In this document: positions 38,358 through 51,000 of the stretch, one piece after another
Position numbering within the stretch: position 1 is the stretch's first letter
Layout: each line of letters begins with the position of its first letter
Assembly: GCF_004010195.1 (NCBI RefSeq)
Contig: NC_057719.1
Span: 72,131,335-72,195,334 of the forward strand
Reading direction: 5' to 3'
DNA: 64,000 nt
Origin: Chiloscyllium plagiosum
Taxonomy: Eukaryota
Made by a program: the position numbers and the translations under genes
Notes under the pieces: generated by a model
What the model saw: the letters and a program-made list of their open reading frames with translations, nothing else
Told to the model about the DNA's origin: nothing
The model's database searches: none

Positions 38358-38806
38358 GTAGGTAGTAAGTTTGCAGATGACCCCAAAATTGAAGGTGTTG
38401 TGGACAGGGAAGAAGTTAACCTCTGAGTACAGCGAGATCTTGATCAAATGGGCCGATGGAGTTTAATTTAGATAAACGTGAGGTGCTGCATTTTGGAAAA
38501 GCAAATCGGGCAGGACTTATACACCTTAATGGTAAGGGCCTGGGGAGTATTGCTGAGCAAAGAGACCTTGGAGTGCTGATTCATAGTTCCTTGAAAGTGT
38601 AGTCACAGGCAGGTAGGATAGTGAATAAGGCATTTGGTATGCTTGCCTTTATTGGTCAGTGCATTGCATATAGGAGTTTTGGAATACCACGTGTAATTTT
38701 GGTCTCCCTGCTATAGGAAGGATGTTGTAAAACTTGAAAGGGTTCAGTAAAGATTTACAAGGATGCTGCTAGGGCTGGAGAATTTTGAGTTATAGGGAGA
38801 GGCTGT
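38358..38806 (+). mobile_element. CR1 RT fragment
   Basis: AGTAAGTTTGCAGATGAC (SKFADD), colinear with 2263-2770. Confidence 0.85.
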
Positions 38807-40298
38807 ACATCTGACTGTATGATTGACCATGCCCAACACCCTAGACTGATATCAGAAGCTGTCCTTGACCTACATTGAGGATCCCTTGATTGAGGACTGC
38901 TGACAATTACAAGTATCCTGGTTTGTGGCAGTGTAAAATGGCAAAGCAAGACTGAAGTATTAGGAGTCTGGTAGCTCTGGCTAGTGGGTAGTAAAGCACA
39001 TCAAGGCAAGGCAGATGTTGAGTATCCAGAAGAACTTGAGGTGGGCAAGTATTATGAAAGCAAGCAAATAGCCCTGTGGTGCAACCTCATCAGTTGGGAA
39101 CCTGAGCTTGTACACAAAGCAGTATATCAATGCAGGTTGCCAGTGCACCTCAAAGCACTGAAGCATCCTGTAAATGGATCTGAAAGATGTCACGGTGATC
39201 TTGAGAGGTTGACAGGCATTGAGGGAATGAGTGTGGCAGGTGTCCTGGTGCATGCCCTGAGTTGTTCCAGGGTCCAGAGGAGCAAGCAGTGACTTGAAAT
39301 TGCTAGCTTCCCCCCTCTGATCTGGAAACTATCAACCTAGTTTACTCGAGACAGGTGGAAGCCTGCATATTAATGAGGAGAGATTTGCAGTTAGAGGCTA
39401 CAAATAAACAATGCCACAAATAATTCCCATTAATGGACATCTCTCCACTTCTTTGCAAGAACCTCATCTCAACGCTTGGAACTGTTCAAAAATTCAACAA
39501 GTTACTCCTAATGTTGAGGTTTTGGTTGATTTCTCATGTGAATCTCCCAGATTTCTTACCATAGCACGAATCGTTCAGGTCCCTATAAGCTTCTATCGCT
39601 GTCCCTGCTAACATAAATTGTACTAAATATTTCCAGAACCACTTTGTTCTTACTTCAGTCATTTTAGACCGATGCAAAATATTTATAAATTGTCTTTTAT
39701 TCTATTGTTCTTCCAGAGTGACTTTGCCCTCTCTCTCTCCCTAACTTTTTTCTTTTTTGTATTCTTAAGAATATCTGCTAGCTTGCTTTCATCATGTTTT
39801 TAGGCTTTGAAAACACCCCTCCCCCCAACCCTACCACCAACAGACTATTCAACATATGCACGCTGGTTTTAGTGTGATCAGTGTTTATTATGTTTCAGCT
39901 TTGATTTATCTGCTTAGCCATGGAATACAATTTTTTTTCATGTTTTCATTTTACCTTTCAGGAGTGTTTCATACTCCAAACATCTTGCATTAATAGATTC
40001 CACATTGCTGATTTGTGCATCAGCTTAACTTTTGTTAATTTGGGCTTTTGTTTTGTTTTGCTGAACTCTTTCTTTTTCCAGTCCATTACCAATACCTTTG
40101 ACTTGTTGGTATCTAAGTCTTTGAATTAACTGAATACTGTAGCTTCTTCCCCGCTGCTCTTCCACTATTTGTCCGAATGACCTACCAACTATTTAAGATG
40201 GGTTTGATTAAGATTGAATTGTCTAGCAAAGTGAATGCTAAATACTTTATTACCATTTCAGTATTTTTAGTTCATCCAATTATCCTTTCTTTTCATAG

Positions 40299-40405
40299 TA
40301 TCAGTCCCTGAGTGCTGGGATGTTCTTCTTCAAGTGCACTATATGCAATAATAAAGATGAATTCCAGAAAGAGATGTTACGAATGGGGATCCATGTTCCA
40401 GAAAA
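40299..40405 (+). CDS. G2E3: G2E3 exon ([36 protein letters not shown])
   Basis: CATAG|..|GTATGT, 107 nt, phase 0/2. Confidence 0.95.
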
Positions 40406-40927
40406 GTATGTGTGCATTTACCAATAAGAACTTATGCAATTTTATTAGTTAAATAGGTAGTGATTAATAAATAAATTGGAGCCTTTTTATTTGTTCTTTT
40501 GCTTATGGGAACTGCTGAGAGGGATAGTGAATGCAATTTATAAGTAATTTAATTTATCATGACTGGTGATCCTGTTCCAATTAGTTGCTATAACTTTAAG
40601 GACTTTATGCCAATTCCCTCATTTCGCACTAATGAGTTCTCTGAGCCATTTTTCCTAGTGGCAGGATAAGTGATGGCTATTATTTTGCCTTTTGAAAATA
40701 CAAAACACACAGGTTTAGAAAATCTGGTCTTGTCTTGAAGATAGGTGGCATTGAAGTTGTTGTTTAATGTCCCAGGATGTGCATGAAGCTGTAATAGATT
40801 ATAATGACCAAAACCAGAGGAGAACATAACATTTCTCAGATATTGATGACTCCTTGTAGATGACAACCCTTCACTTGAACTTTATATTCTTCTGCTCTTA
40901 ATTGTTTCTCTTTTTCTTAAAATAAAG

Positions 40928-41044
40928 GGATGCATCTTGGGAACTTGAAGAGAATGCATTTCAGGATTTATTGCAACGTTACCAGCGATGTGATGCAAGA
41001 AGATGTCTCTGTAAAAATGGAAGAGAATATGTAGAACCTGATAG
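40928..41044 (+). CDS. G2E3: G2E3 exon ([39 protein letters not shown])
   Basis: AAG|..|GTAACA, 117 nt, phase 2/2; DASWELE motif. Confidence 0.95.
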
Positions 41045-41647
41045 GTAACAGTTAATTTTCCCATGAAAACTGCTGAGTTAGCAACCTTAAATTAAGAAAA
41101 TCTGTGATTATTTAATTCTTCAAAGATAAGTCTTTTTTTTTCCCCAAAATCCAGTGTATTATGATTCCGTTTCTATTTAAATTTGGTGTATAAATGGTCT
41201 TTTAGATGCTTTCTCAAAGCTAACTACTCTCTATAACTGTAACAGTAACAAAATATCTTCTATTAAATACCACCAACATTATCTGGCTGTAAATTTAAGT
41301 GCCTCTGAGGGGGTGATGAAATCCTTTTGTTTTGTACCCACTTGTACTGTATAAGTGCAATAATCAATATTCGGGAAGCTTCTCGAACACTGGCCCTAGC
41401 ATAGTTCATGTGGAGAATGCTCCATCCACACAGTTCCCCAACGTCTCCCCAGTGCCTCACAAAATGGAACCCACTTCTTCCATGTCAGTCTGTCAGCCAT
41501 CTATTTATCTCCCTAATCTGATTTGCCTTGTGCATATAGCTCAAAGGGTGGGGTGGGAGGGGTAAGGATGAGGGGTTGGAGAGGAGAGAGGGAATCATGT
41601 CAGTATGAGGTGATTGGTACCAAATTTAGAAGCCAAGCCTTTTAATG

Positions 41648-43880
41648 TTCAGATTACAGAGATGAATGCATAGCTGAAAGACTGACATGGAAGAAGTGTG
41701 TTCCATTTCGTGGGGCATTGGATAGAGTTAGGATCTGTATGGATCGAGTGTTCTCCACATGAACCATGCTAGAGCCAGTATTCTTGATAACTAGGGAATT
41801 TAAACTAGAGAATTTTAATTCTAATAGGGGAACACAAGATGTGGTAAATCGGTAGAATCGAGACCAATGTGAAAGATATCAACATGGGAATTAACAAACT
41901 TCTATGGCAGAAAGGGGTAGAATGTATAAATCTAATAGATAAGACTAGGATTTACAAAGAATAAAAATAAAATTAAAGTCTCTGTATCTGAATGCATATA
42001 GCTTTCACAACAAAACAAATACTGAGAATGTAAATAGAAATGAATAAGTAGGACTTAGTAACTCCTACAAAAGTTGTAGGATTGAACCTGCATCTTGAAG
42101 AGTACAAGACATTTCGGAAAATGTGGAGGACCAGCTCTGTTGGCTAATATTGGTATTAGCCCAACAGAGAGGGCTGACACAAGTTCAGGGAACCAAAATG
42201 TGGAGACCGTTTGAGTAGAAATGCAAAATGATAAAGTCAAGAAGTTACTTCTGTGTGTAGTATACAGATTTCCCATCAATAACCAGTCAGAGTGGCAGCA
42301 TAAAGGTGGAAATAAGAGAGCTAGTCAAAAATGCACAGTGACAATCGTAAATTTCAATTGGAAAAGCCAAATGGGCAAAGATGAGAAATATATTCTCGAG
42401 CCAAGCAGACTATTGATTAAGTATTGAGCAATGAGACAGAATTAATTAATGATCTCATTGTGAAGGCACCCTATGTTCAAAATACAATTGAATTTTACAT
42501 TCAGCCTGAAGGAGTGAGGAATAGGTCTGAACCTATTGCTTAAATAAAAGCAATTAGAGAAGCATGGAACAAGAATATTTTAGAACATACAGAATAGACA
42601 CATTCCAGCAAGTCAGAAAAATTCAAGGGGCATATGCACATAGAAATGTTAAATTATATCATATTTAAGGAAAAAGCAGGTAATTGTACAAAGATAGGTG
42701 GCAGATCAGAAGATTGGGCAGAATATTTTTTAAAAAGCAAATTGAAATATTAGCACGAGAAAAGGTAGGCAGAAATAAAAACTAGCATTTGTGTAAACAT
42801 TCAAGAGTTAACGAAGTGAATGTTCATCCTACAGAAAGTTAGACTGGAAAATCAGTATTTAAAAATAAGAAAATGGCAGATGAATTGAACAGAAATTTTG
42901 TACTTCACTATAGAGGATACAAGTAAAATTCCAGAAACAGTGGTAAATCTGGAAATAGAAAGGAGGGAGGAACTTGGGAAAATTTTTAGTAGGCTGACAA
43001 GTGCCTGGATCTAGATAAACCTCAACTTAGACTCTTAAATGAAGTGGCTACTGAGGAAGTCAATACATTGCTTTATTTTCCAAAACACCCTTGATTCAGG
43101 ATGGACCCATTAGATTGCAAGTTAGCGAATGTAACTCCTTTTATTCAAAAAAGCGAGGGAGGAAGAAAACAGGAACATTCAGGCCAGTTGGTTTAACATG
43201 TATCACGTGGAAACTTCAAAGTTACTATTAAAAAAGTAATAGAGCACTTTCAAGGTTCAAGGTACGTAAGCAAATTTAACATTATTTTCTGAAAGGGAAA
43301 TTTATATTTGATCAGTCTGTTGGAGTTGTTTAAGGAGGTACCATATGCTGTGGGTAAAGGGGAACCAGAGGATGTACTGTACTTCGCTCTTCAAAAGCAT
43401 TTAAAGGTGCCACGTTAAAGGATATTGGAGAAAATAAAGGCTCCTAATGCAGGGGATGGCATATGGTATGGATTGGTTGGTTAACAGGAAGCAGAGTGGG
43501 TTTAAGTGGGTCTTATTCAGCTTGCGACAAAGTTCTTTACTGGTACCTCAATTGCTTATCTTTATGTAAAACACTTACTTGAAGTGATCTTTGTCCAGTC
43601 AGAAAATTTGGAAACTAAGAAAATTAAGTTGTGAAGAGGACACAAGATTATAAAAAGATATTAATAGGCTGAGTGAGTGGACAATGATGTGGCAAATAGA
43701 GTTTAATGTGGGAAAATGTGAAGTTGTCCATTTTTGGTAGGAAAAAGAAAAAACATGTGTAAATGGTGAGAGAATGCAAGGCTCTGAAATGTAGAGGGAT
43801 GCTGATGTTCTCATGCCTGAATTGCATAAGATTAGTATGTGGTACAACAAATCATTAGGAGAGCTATTGGAATATTACTT
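41648..43880 (+). mobile_element. Old CR1 (ORF1 end + decayed ORF2)
   Basis: LYLNA-like (41980), VVYRFP, ANVTPL (43127), WQIEFNVGKCEVVHFG (43689). Confidence 0.75.
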
Positions 43881-44720
43881 ATCATGAGTGAATCGCTTTT
43901 GAACTGTCTCCAATGCCAGTACGTCCATTTTTTGGAAATATGGGGACCAAAACTGTACTCTGTCCTTTAGGTGTCCCTTCACCAACACCCTGTTGAGTTG
44001 TAAGAAGACTTCCCTATTTTTAAACCTACAACCCCCCCCCCCCCCCCCCAAAGCAATTACAGTGGTGACCCTGGAATCCGAATGCCCTATTGTTCGAACA
44101 AATCTGAATCTGAACACCACATAACGTTCAGGTCACACATTGTTTGTTCAGTTCGTCCCCAAAGTAGTCGTGAAAACATCTCACATGTGTCCATCACTAG
44201 ACTACCTCGTGATTTGTGCTGGTTTCTTTAATTATCACCCTTGTGCATTCACCATTGCACCCAAGAAGAGCAGTGAAGCAAATAAGTGCATTCACCATTA
44301 GCACTCCTCACTAAGGAAAATCAAGTTATTTTCATGTTAGTACATTTATTTCTTGCTTTTGTAAAATGTTTTTTTTGGGGTCCAGAAACTGATTAATTCA
44401 CTTTCCATGTTTTGGAATCTGAACTTTTCGCAATCCGAACAACCTCCTGGAACAAATTAAATTCAGATTCCAAGGTACCACTATACATCTAAAATACTCC
44501 TTCCATGACTTGCTGCATCTGCATGGTAGCTTTGAGTTTTACACACAAGAATACCTTGATCCCCTTGTGCAGCACTTTTTTTTGTTTTGGAGTCTTCATC
44601 TGTTTAAATAATCTCCTATGACTCTTCCTACCAAACTGTGTGACCTCACACTTGCCTACAGCAAACTCCCAAGTTTTGCCCATTCACTCAACCGGTAGAT
44701 TCCTCATGCAGATTCCTTAT
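43881..44720 (-). mobile_element. CR1 3' fragment interrupted by a Tigger-like MITE
   Basis: Minus-strand ORFs GKCEVTQFG and VQFWSPY..LETVQKRFT on either side of 44060-44483. Confidence 0.75.
44060..44483. mobile_element. Tigger-like non-autonomous DNA transposon
   Basis: TA|CAGTGGTGACCCTGGAATCCGAAT ... ATTCAGATTCCAAGGTACCACTA|TA imperfect TIRs. Confidence 0.7.
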
Positions 44721-45840
44721 AATCTTAGAATTGTCAGAATTATCAGGCAGACAGCGAGGATGATATAAATTGCCCTCAGCTTGACACAGGTGAGCAGAAA
44801 GAACTGATCAGTTTTAGTGTAGATAAGTGTATAGAAGATTTTGATAGAAGGAATGAGGAAAGGCAATGTAATTGTACTACTCTCAAGGTACTTGGGATAC
44901 ATATGCATTAATCTTTGAGGTGACAGCATACACTGACAGTCGTAACAAAGCACATAGGATCTTAAGCTTCCTAAATAGAGGTATTCAGTAGAAGATGAAG
45001 AAAGTTATTCTAAACTTTTATAAAACTCCAGTTACGCCTTGTATTGCATTTAGTTATGCACACCCCACCTTCTTTCAAATCCTCTGCTCTGAAGAGAAGT
45101 GTGAAAATTTATATGACCAGGTTTGATAAGATAGATGAGATAAATCTGTTTGTTACCTTATAGTGTAATGACTAGGGGACATGTACTTAAGATTTTGGGC
45201 AAGAGATAAAAGAGGAATATGAAAAAGTTTTGTGCGGCAAGTGGTAACACACTAGAACCTGCTGCCTCTCTGGTGAAGGAAGTGGGAAGATTGATTTCAA
45301 AAATAAATTAGATTGTTACTTGAAATAAATAAATCTAGGAAATTGAGCAGCATGTTAGGGGGTTGATTTGCTCTGCTGACCTGTAAGAAATTGGATGTCC
45401 CAGGGGTAGAGTGGTATGTTTCTCTGTCTTGCAGAAAGAATATAAAAAATTTACATTGCCATCTCCTGCTATTCAGAATCAATAAAATTTATTTAAAATG
45501 TAGTTAAAATTTTAGCCACACCCCACTATTTTAAAAAAGAACTATTTACACTAGATCTTGCTATTATGGAATGATCCAAGTCACATTGTTTCTGGAAATA
45601 ATCAAATAACTATATTGTCTTAAGTAGCATGTGACTACAGGGGAGTTGCTGAGGGTTGTCTTGTGGGCATTACTAATGGTGATGTGAAAGGAAGAACAGT
45701 TACTTGTTTAGAGAGCTTCTCTTGATAAGTGTTAAGTGATTCTCCAGAGCTTGTACTTAACAAATTTTGACTGTTCACAGAAGTTGGTGTATTGCAGTTG
45801 CGCCAAGTGTGTAAGAGTGTCAAGAAAAAGAACTTTTCTG

Positions 45841-46147
45841 GGCGGTATGGTGGCACAGTGGTTAGCACTGTTGCCTCACAGCGCCAGAGACCCGGGTTCA
45901 ATTCCCGCCTCAGGCGACTCTCTGTGTGGAGTTTGCACATTCTCCCCGTGTCTGCGTGGGTTTCCTCTGGGTGCTCCAATTTCCTCCCACAATCCAAAAA
46001 TGCGCAGGTTAGGTGAATTGGCCATGCTAAATTGCCCGTAGTGTTAGGTGAAGGGGTAAGTGTAGGAGTATGGGTCTGGGTGGTATGTGCTTCGGCGGGT
46101 CGGTTGGGGCGAAGGGCCTATTTCCACACTGTAAGTAATCTAATCTA
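45841..46147 (+). mobile_element. HE1-type tRNA-derived V-SINE
   Basis: A box TGGCACAGTGG, B box GGTTCAATTCC, V-domain TGTGTGGAGTTTGCAC..TTCTCCCCG, (TAATC)n tail. Confidence 0.9.
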
Positions 46148-46364
46148 CAAGAGAAGTCGGACTTTCTGGGTTGTTCTGCATGTCACTGATCTAAGCAATT
46201 GTCTCATTGCCTAATCCACGAAATATCACCATTATTATATCCATGTCATAAAATATTAGAAAATTAAGTTGTCTCTTTTGTCTGTTTGGAATTAAGTGAT
46301 ACTTAAAATTGCAGTTTGTTTTTCTTTATTAGGAACTTTTATCAGTGCAATTTCTCTATTTCAG

Positions 46365-46489
46365 TAAATGGGACATTGTACTCTGTAAGTACTGTGGCTC
46401 CAGCGGGACTCATTTGGCCTGTTCATTTTTGGCAATCTGCATGGAAAATTGGGAGTGCCCAGATTGTAGACATATTGTATACAAATCAG
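46365..46489 (+). CDS. G2E3: G2E3 exon ([42 protein letters not shown]), PHD finger
   Basis: TTTCAG|..|GTAACT, 125 nt, phase 2/1. Confidence 0.95.
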
Positions 46490-47196
46490 GTAACTTCTGG
46501 AAATGTGATATTACTATTTTTAAACCTTTTTATTTGAAGTGTATAATAACAGGTTTATATTTGCGATCAGGATCTTGTTCACATTAGTTCTAGTGGAGTA
46601 ACTACTTAAAGTTAATTGCATCATTTACAATATTGATTGGATGGACTGATGCTAAGATGAGATCCACACAATTTATGTAAAACTCTTAGTGTGAGATCTC
46701 GAAAGCCAAATCCATTCCATTTGGTAGACAGCCATCATTATTATTGAAGCATTTTAGTAGAATAAATGTAACATGTACCTCTAAAACTATGTTACGTGGA
46801 ATATGTGGCACAGACATGGACAATTTAGCTCAGCAGGTCAAAGGAGCATTTTATACTCCACACAAGCGGCCTTCATGTTAAATAAAAACAATGTTTGAAA
46901 AACTGAGCAGGTATGGCAGCATTATGTGCAGAAATCAGCAGAATTAACATTGAGTCCAATATAAACCTTCTTTTGTACACCTTGCACCCTGTTTTGTTTC
47001 ACCTAATTGCTGTATCCTTTTATTCCTTTCTTTCTCATATCTGGCTTCCATTGATAAATGCATTAAGTGTTCTCCTGAAGTACTCCCTACAGTTGTAAAT
47101 ACTGCTTGGTCACAATGACTAATAACATTCCTCAAATTCCTTATTCACTGACCATCTTATTTATAATCCTTGTTTTTACTCCATAAATGGAAATAT

Positions 47197-47975
47197 AAGC
47201 AGATTTCTGCAGGTGTTGGAAATGTGAAATAAAAGCAGAAAGTGTTAGAAATTCACCTGTGGGGAGAGTAACTGAGTTAACCTTTCGTGTCCACTTTGCC
47301 ATTTCTACAGAGCTAATGACAAATGTAGAAAAGTAATAGGTTTTGTACCTTTAGAAAACGATGAAGGGAAGTAAGTGGAACCAAAGGACTGGGGTGGTTA
47401 GTTAGTGTGGGAAATGGGATCACTGGTGTCACAGAAAAAGGCAAGGCAAATGGTATTAGTCATTGAGAAGAGATAGATCCAGAGTAGTTAATAATAGAAA
47501 ACAAAATCAAGAAAACTAGATGGTGGGGTAGCTCAAAGAGGAAGGAAATAAAATGGAGGGCAGTGGCCATGGTCTGCAATTGTTGACCTGAGTCCAAAAA
47601 AGGTATAAGATGTCTAAAAGTAAAATAAGGTGCTATTTCTCCATATTATGTTGGGCTTCACTGGGGTGCACTCTGGAAAGCCTAGCAAACAGACAAAGTG
47701 AGTATGAGAGCAAAATTGTGCATTAAAGTAACAAAAGACCAGAAGGTCAGGTCATGTTTGCAGACTGAGCAGAAGTGTTCTATAAAGCAGTTACCCTGTC
47801 TGGGTTTTACCTCTCCAAGAGAAAGGAGAATGCATTATGAGCACTGAATACGAAAAAAAGTGCAACAAAGACCCTCTCCCTTCTGGAAGGGGTATTTAGA
47901 TGCTTTGTAAAGGGATAAAAGAGCAAATGATGTGACACCTGTGAATGCATGAGAAAATGTCATAGGAGGATGAGG
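47197..47975 (-). mobile_element. Old PLE 3' portion (appears to continue at about 54090-54950 beyond the L1)
   Basis: pLTR-like end at 47197-47260 similar to 29960-30020; decayed GIY-YIG C-terminal sequence near 47570-47660. Confidence 0.45.
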
Positions 47976-48062
47976 TGTTCAGTATTATAATCTCACTCCT
48001 CACATATATGGATTCACAACCCATAGTTGGTGAGGTAGCCCACAGGCCTGATTTTTTGTCCA

Positions 48063-51000
48063 TTTTTTTATAAACATGGTTTTATTGAAAAAAATATTTT
48101 TTTATGTTACAACAAGTACAAAACAATACAATTCAAAAGAGTACAAAAAAATCCCCAGCCCACCCTCATGTACAAATGTATAAACATATATATAGAATAA
48201 AAAAAAACAAATTGGCTATTTAACTAAATAAATAAATAACCAACAATTAGCTAATAAATAGTAATAACTCAGCCCAGCCAAACAAAACACTTATACGTTC
48301 ACAGTTCCACCTCCCTGGATATTGGACTTGTAAAACACAATCGTTACGGCTATATAAAAGCCCTTGTTAGTGTGGCAGATAAATCTGTGTCAAGGTGTTC
48401 CAAAAAGGACTGCCATGTCTTATAAAAATTCTCAGTTTTGTGGTGAACCATACTTGCGAGAAACTCCAGGGGAATATGCTCCATAACAATCTTCCGCCAA
48501 CCCGACAGGCCCGTGGGGTTTTTGAATATCCAACCTAGCAAGATATTCTTTCTTCCACAGAATGTGATAATATTGAAAAGTTTTTCTTATATGCGTCTGC
48601 AGGCAATACAGTGGGCAGGCCCAAAAGGAGAGAGAGATAGGGTCCTTCTCCACCCCAACACCCAAAATCCTCTCCATTGTGCCCACCGCAGCACTCCAAT
48701 ATGTTTGAAGCCTATTGCAAGACCAGGGACAATGGGTAAGAGTGCCCGTACAGACCTTCCACTTGGGGCATGCTGAAGAAACCCTGGATTAAATTTTGAC
48801 AAAACAGTCCAGAGCCAAGTGGACCCCCCTGTGCAGAATCTTCCACTGTAAAGCATGGGACCTATTGCAAATTGATAGCTTCCTTGCATTCTCCCAAATA
48901 TCCTCCCATGCCTCCGAGGAGACTTCAACACCCAGCCTCTCTCCCACATCCTGCAGTCGATCAAACTCATCTGAGGGGGCACCCCCAATTGATGATATAA
49001 AGTACTGACAGAAAGTGTATTCTTAGCACTTAGCATCCCCTCTCTATGTCGGATTTGTAGGGATCTGTCAAAACTGTGGTCTTTTTTTGAATAAAATCCC
49101 TAACTTGAAAAAAACAAGAGGTCTCTATTAGATAACTTGTATTTCCATGCTACCTGATCGAAGGACATCACTACGTCCCCCTCAAATACATCGCCCATGC
49201 AAGACACACCCCTTGCTGCCCAACGTTTAAATCCTGAATCTATCATCCCCTGCATACCAACTAAAGGTGTAAACAAAGATGTTTTGCCAATATTGCCTTC
49301 CCTGTGCTGAATTGCCCTGTATGCTTTAACAGTATTGATAACTATTGGGTTATGGTAATATTCCCTAATTGTCCTCATTTTTTCTGAAAACAGCAAACTG
49401 GTAAGGGAGCACCTTGCCTGGGAGGCTTCGATATCTAGCCATAGTAGAAGAGGATCTCCACAAACCTAAACCCAATCACTCACCTAAGACAAAAGCGAGC
49501 CTAATTGGTAATTTTTAATGTCTGGAAGGCTCCCCCCCCCCCCAAAAAAAAAATCTGAGAGGCGGTTGCAGTTTAGCTAATTTAATGAGGGGCTGCTTTT
49601 GATGCCAAATAGAAGAGCTGAACCAGCCATTCAGCCTCCTGAGAGTTTGCTTATTGAAAGTCGGGGGGGGGGGGCATCTGTATAGAGAATATTTATCTTA
49701 ATAAGCACTATCTGACCCAACCACGAGACTGGAAGTGCCTCCCATGTTTGAAAATCTTGTTTAATTTTTTTCAAATAATTGGATAAAATTGGCTTTGAAT
49801 AGCCAATTCAGAACTGGAGTAATGAATATGCCCAAATACACACAACCCCCTGTCACCACCTAAGTGGGAATCCATAGTTGCCCTCAAGACAACTTCGTAA
49901 GACCGTCCATAGGCATAGCCTCTGATTTTGCAGCGTTAATCTTGTACTCTGAAAAAGCACCAAAAGCATGAATGCATTGTATCGGGCGAGGCACTGAAAC
50001 TGCTGGGTTTGTCAAAATAAATTAGGACATCGTCTGCATACAATAAAATCTTATGTAATTTTGCCCCCACTTCTGGAGCTGGTATATTGGGATCCCCACC
50101 AATGGTTCAATCACCAACGTAAAAAGCAATGGTGAAAGGGGACAGCCCTGCTGGCTGCCCCTAAGAATTTTAAAATTGCTTGATTGGACCCTGTTGGTGA
50201 TGACCACCGTGAGAGGGCCAGCATAGAGAACTTTTACCCATTTTATAAAGACTTCGCCCAAACCAAACTGCGCCAGAGTATAAAAAAGATACTTTACACT
50301 TAATTCTGTCAAATGTCTTCTCTGCATCTGGAGAATCACCAATCCCTGTTTTGACATGCTTGAAATACATTGTGCAACCTCCTAACATTATTGGAGGCTC
50401 TGCGACCCTTTATGAAGCCTGTCTGATCCTCTTTAATATTAGAAGGTTACACAGTCTCCAGCCTTAAAGCCAGAGTCTGAGAGGATTTTAAAGTCCACAC
50501 GGTGGCACAGTGGTTAGCACTGCTGCCTCACAGTGCAAGAGACCGGGTTTAATTACCACCTCAGGCGACTGACTGTGTGGAGTTTGCACGTTCTCCCCGT
50601 GTCTGCGTGGGTTTCCTCCGGGTGCTCCAGTTTCCTCCCACAGTTCAAAAATGTGCAGGTCAGGTGAATTGGCCATGCTAAATTGCCCATAGTGTTAGGT
50701 GCAGGGATAAATGTAGGGGAATGGGTCTGGGTGGGTGCACTTCAGCGGGTCAGTGTGGAATTGTTGGGCCGAAGGGCCTGTTTCCGCACTGCAAGTAATC
50801 TAATCTAATCTAATTTCAGAGTCAAATGGGCCTGTATGAAGCACAGTCTTTGGGTCCTTCTCTTTTTTTTTTCAAAGGATAAGTGAAATATTGGCCTCTC
50901 TCAGAAATGGTGGGAGACAGTCATGATTGTATGAATCATTAAACATATTGAGCATCGGGCCTGACCGTATATTTATAAATTCCTTATAGAATTCACTGGG

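Noticed and set aside
45841..45915. tRNA gene
   Set aside because: A/B boxes belong to a SINE head followed by the V-domain and tail; no full cloverleaf.
23141..46489. Calling the gene PHF7
   Set aside because: Motifs [30 protein letters not shown] and [10 protein letters not shown] match G2E3 as recalled; absence of HECT in the window is not evidence against it.
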